From Octopus sinensis (taxonomy: Eukaryota), in NCBI RefSeq assembly GCF_006345805.1, contig NC_043000.1:1488001-1552000 (forward strand): a stretch of 64,000 nt of DNA, given 5' to 3'. The notes beneath the pieces are model-generated. The model was not told the origin of the DNA and searched no databases. It saw nothing but the letters and a program-made list of their open reading frames with translations. This document shows, one piece after another, positions 62,651-64,000 of the stretch; position 1 is the first letter of the stretch; each line of letters starts with the position of its first letter. The translations under genes and the position numbers were made by a program.

Positions 62651-62929
62651 TTCCCAATCTCTAAACTACTCACCCTTGAGTAATATTACACCAGAGATCC
62701 TTTGGAGGGTCACCATTTTGGCCTTTTTATAAGGAACCCCTTTATATGACAGCTAGGTGAAAATTTGATGGAGATTTGGATGCTGTTTCTAGCATACCTT
62801 GTCTTTAAAAAAAAAAAAAAGCACATTTCATAATGTACTTGTAGGATAGGGAGGATAGGATCAAGATGTTTATGGATGGAACTGTTTTGATCCTTAAATC
62901 TGTTTGATCATAGCTGACCTGGAGCTAAA

Positions 62930-63860
62930 CAATAATAATAATAATTGCTTCTGAAATAGGGACAAGTTCATAAGTTTGGGGAATGAGGATTAATCAATTA
63001 AATTGGCTCGAATACTAAACTGTTACTTTACTTTATTAACCCAGGAAGGATTAAAGACCAAGTGGACCTTGGTGGGATTTGAACTCAGAACATAAAAATC
63101 CAGTGCAAATATCACAAGGCATTTTATCCAACACTTTAATGATTCTGTCAATCTATCGCCCTGACAATGATAATAATGGCTTCTGGTTTAGATACAAAAC
63201 CAACAATTTTGAGGAGAGGGTATTAGTCAATACCATCAATCCTCAGTATTTAACTGGTACTTTATTTTATGGACTGAGGAGAGATGAAAAGCAAAATTTA
63301 CCATGCTAGGATTTGAACTCAGAGCATAAATAACCAAACTAAATACTGCAAAATATTTAATGATTTTGAAAATCTGTTGCCCTAACAACAATATTAATAA
63401 GCTTTAAAGTTTTGGCAATTTTAAAGAAGTGGGTAAGTTAATTACATCAACCCAGTGTGTAACTGGTACTTATTTTATCAACCCTGAAAGAATGAAAGGC
63501 AAAGTTGACTTCAGCAAGATTTGAACTTAAAATGTAAAGCCAGAAGAAATGCTGTTAAGCATTTTGTCCGGCATGCTAACGATTCTACCAGGTGACCACC
63601 ACAAAAAAATTATAATTCTTTCTACTATAGGCAAAGGCCTGAAAATTTGTGAGGCAGAGCTAGTTGATTACAATGGCCCCTATGCTCAATTGGTGCTTAT
63701 TTTATTGACCCCCTTCCAGTGGGGGGAAAAACAAAGTTGACATCAGTAGGATTTGAACTCAGAATGAAAAGAGAGAGCAGAAATGCTATGAAGCATTTTC
63801 TCCAACGTGCAAACAATTCTGGCAGCTTGCTACCTTCTAACAATAATAATAATAACAACA
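62930..63860 (-). mobile_element. four old tandem SINE family B copies
   Basis: Recurrent gatttgaact B-box (reverse) and aactggtac motifs separated by (AAT)n. Confidence 0.7.
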
Positions 63861-64000
63861 GAAATAACTCTAGCCACAGCATCAACAAAGCATCTGTGGT
63901 TATGAAATGAATATAGTAACTATCATCATTTACCTTTCATATAGATTATGTTGGAGTCATGCTCTGTTAACTTCCGTCTTTCATCTCGTAGCTTATAAGT

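Overview
AT-rich, repeat-dense animal genomic DNA. The repeat families suggest an octopus/coleoid cephalopod (inference). Bases 115-17963 hold the 3' end of WASHC4 (SWIP/KIAA1033, WASH complex subunit 4) on the + strand: seven exons that splice in frame with canonical AG/GT sites, a probable 36-nt micro-exon, and a probable terminal exon adding a Ser/Thr/Ala-rich linker and 25 consecutive prolines. I found no further host gene in the remaining ~45 kb. It is filled with three tRNA-derived SINE families, many 5'-truncated copies of an RTE-clade LINE (the longest encodes RT with an inserted C4HC3 PHD-type finger), mariner/piggyBac/hAT MITEs, non-autonomous Helitrons, two solo LTRs, and micro/minisatellites. 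Best leads: (1) a short TA-anchored repeat with a minimal hammerhead-ribozyme-like fold, once as a 187-bp tandem (Penelope/retrozyme-like); (2) the polyproline tail of WASHC4; (3) the PHD finger inside the RT; (4) several recent in-situ foldback duplications; (5) a six-copy array of SINE Pol III promoter heads. No database searches or folding programs were run. Family names come from recalled motifs, and repeat boundaries are approximate unless a TSD/TIR is quoted.
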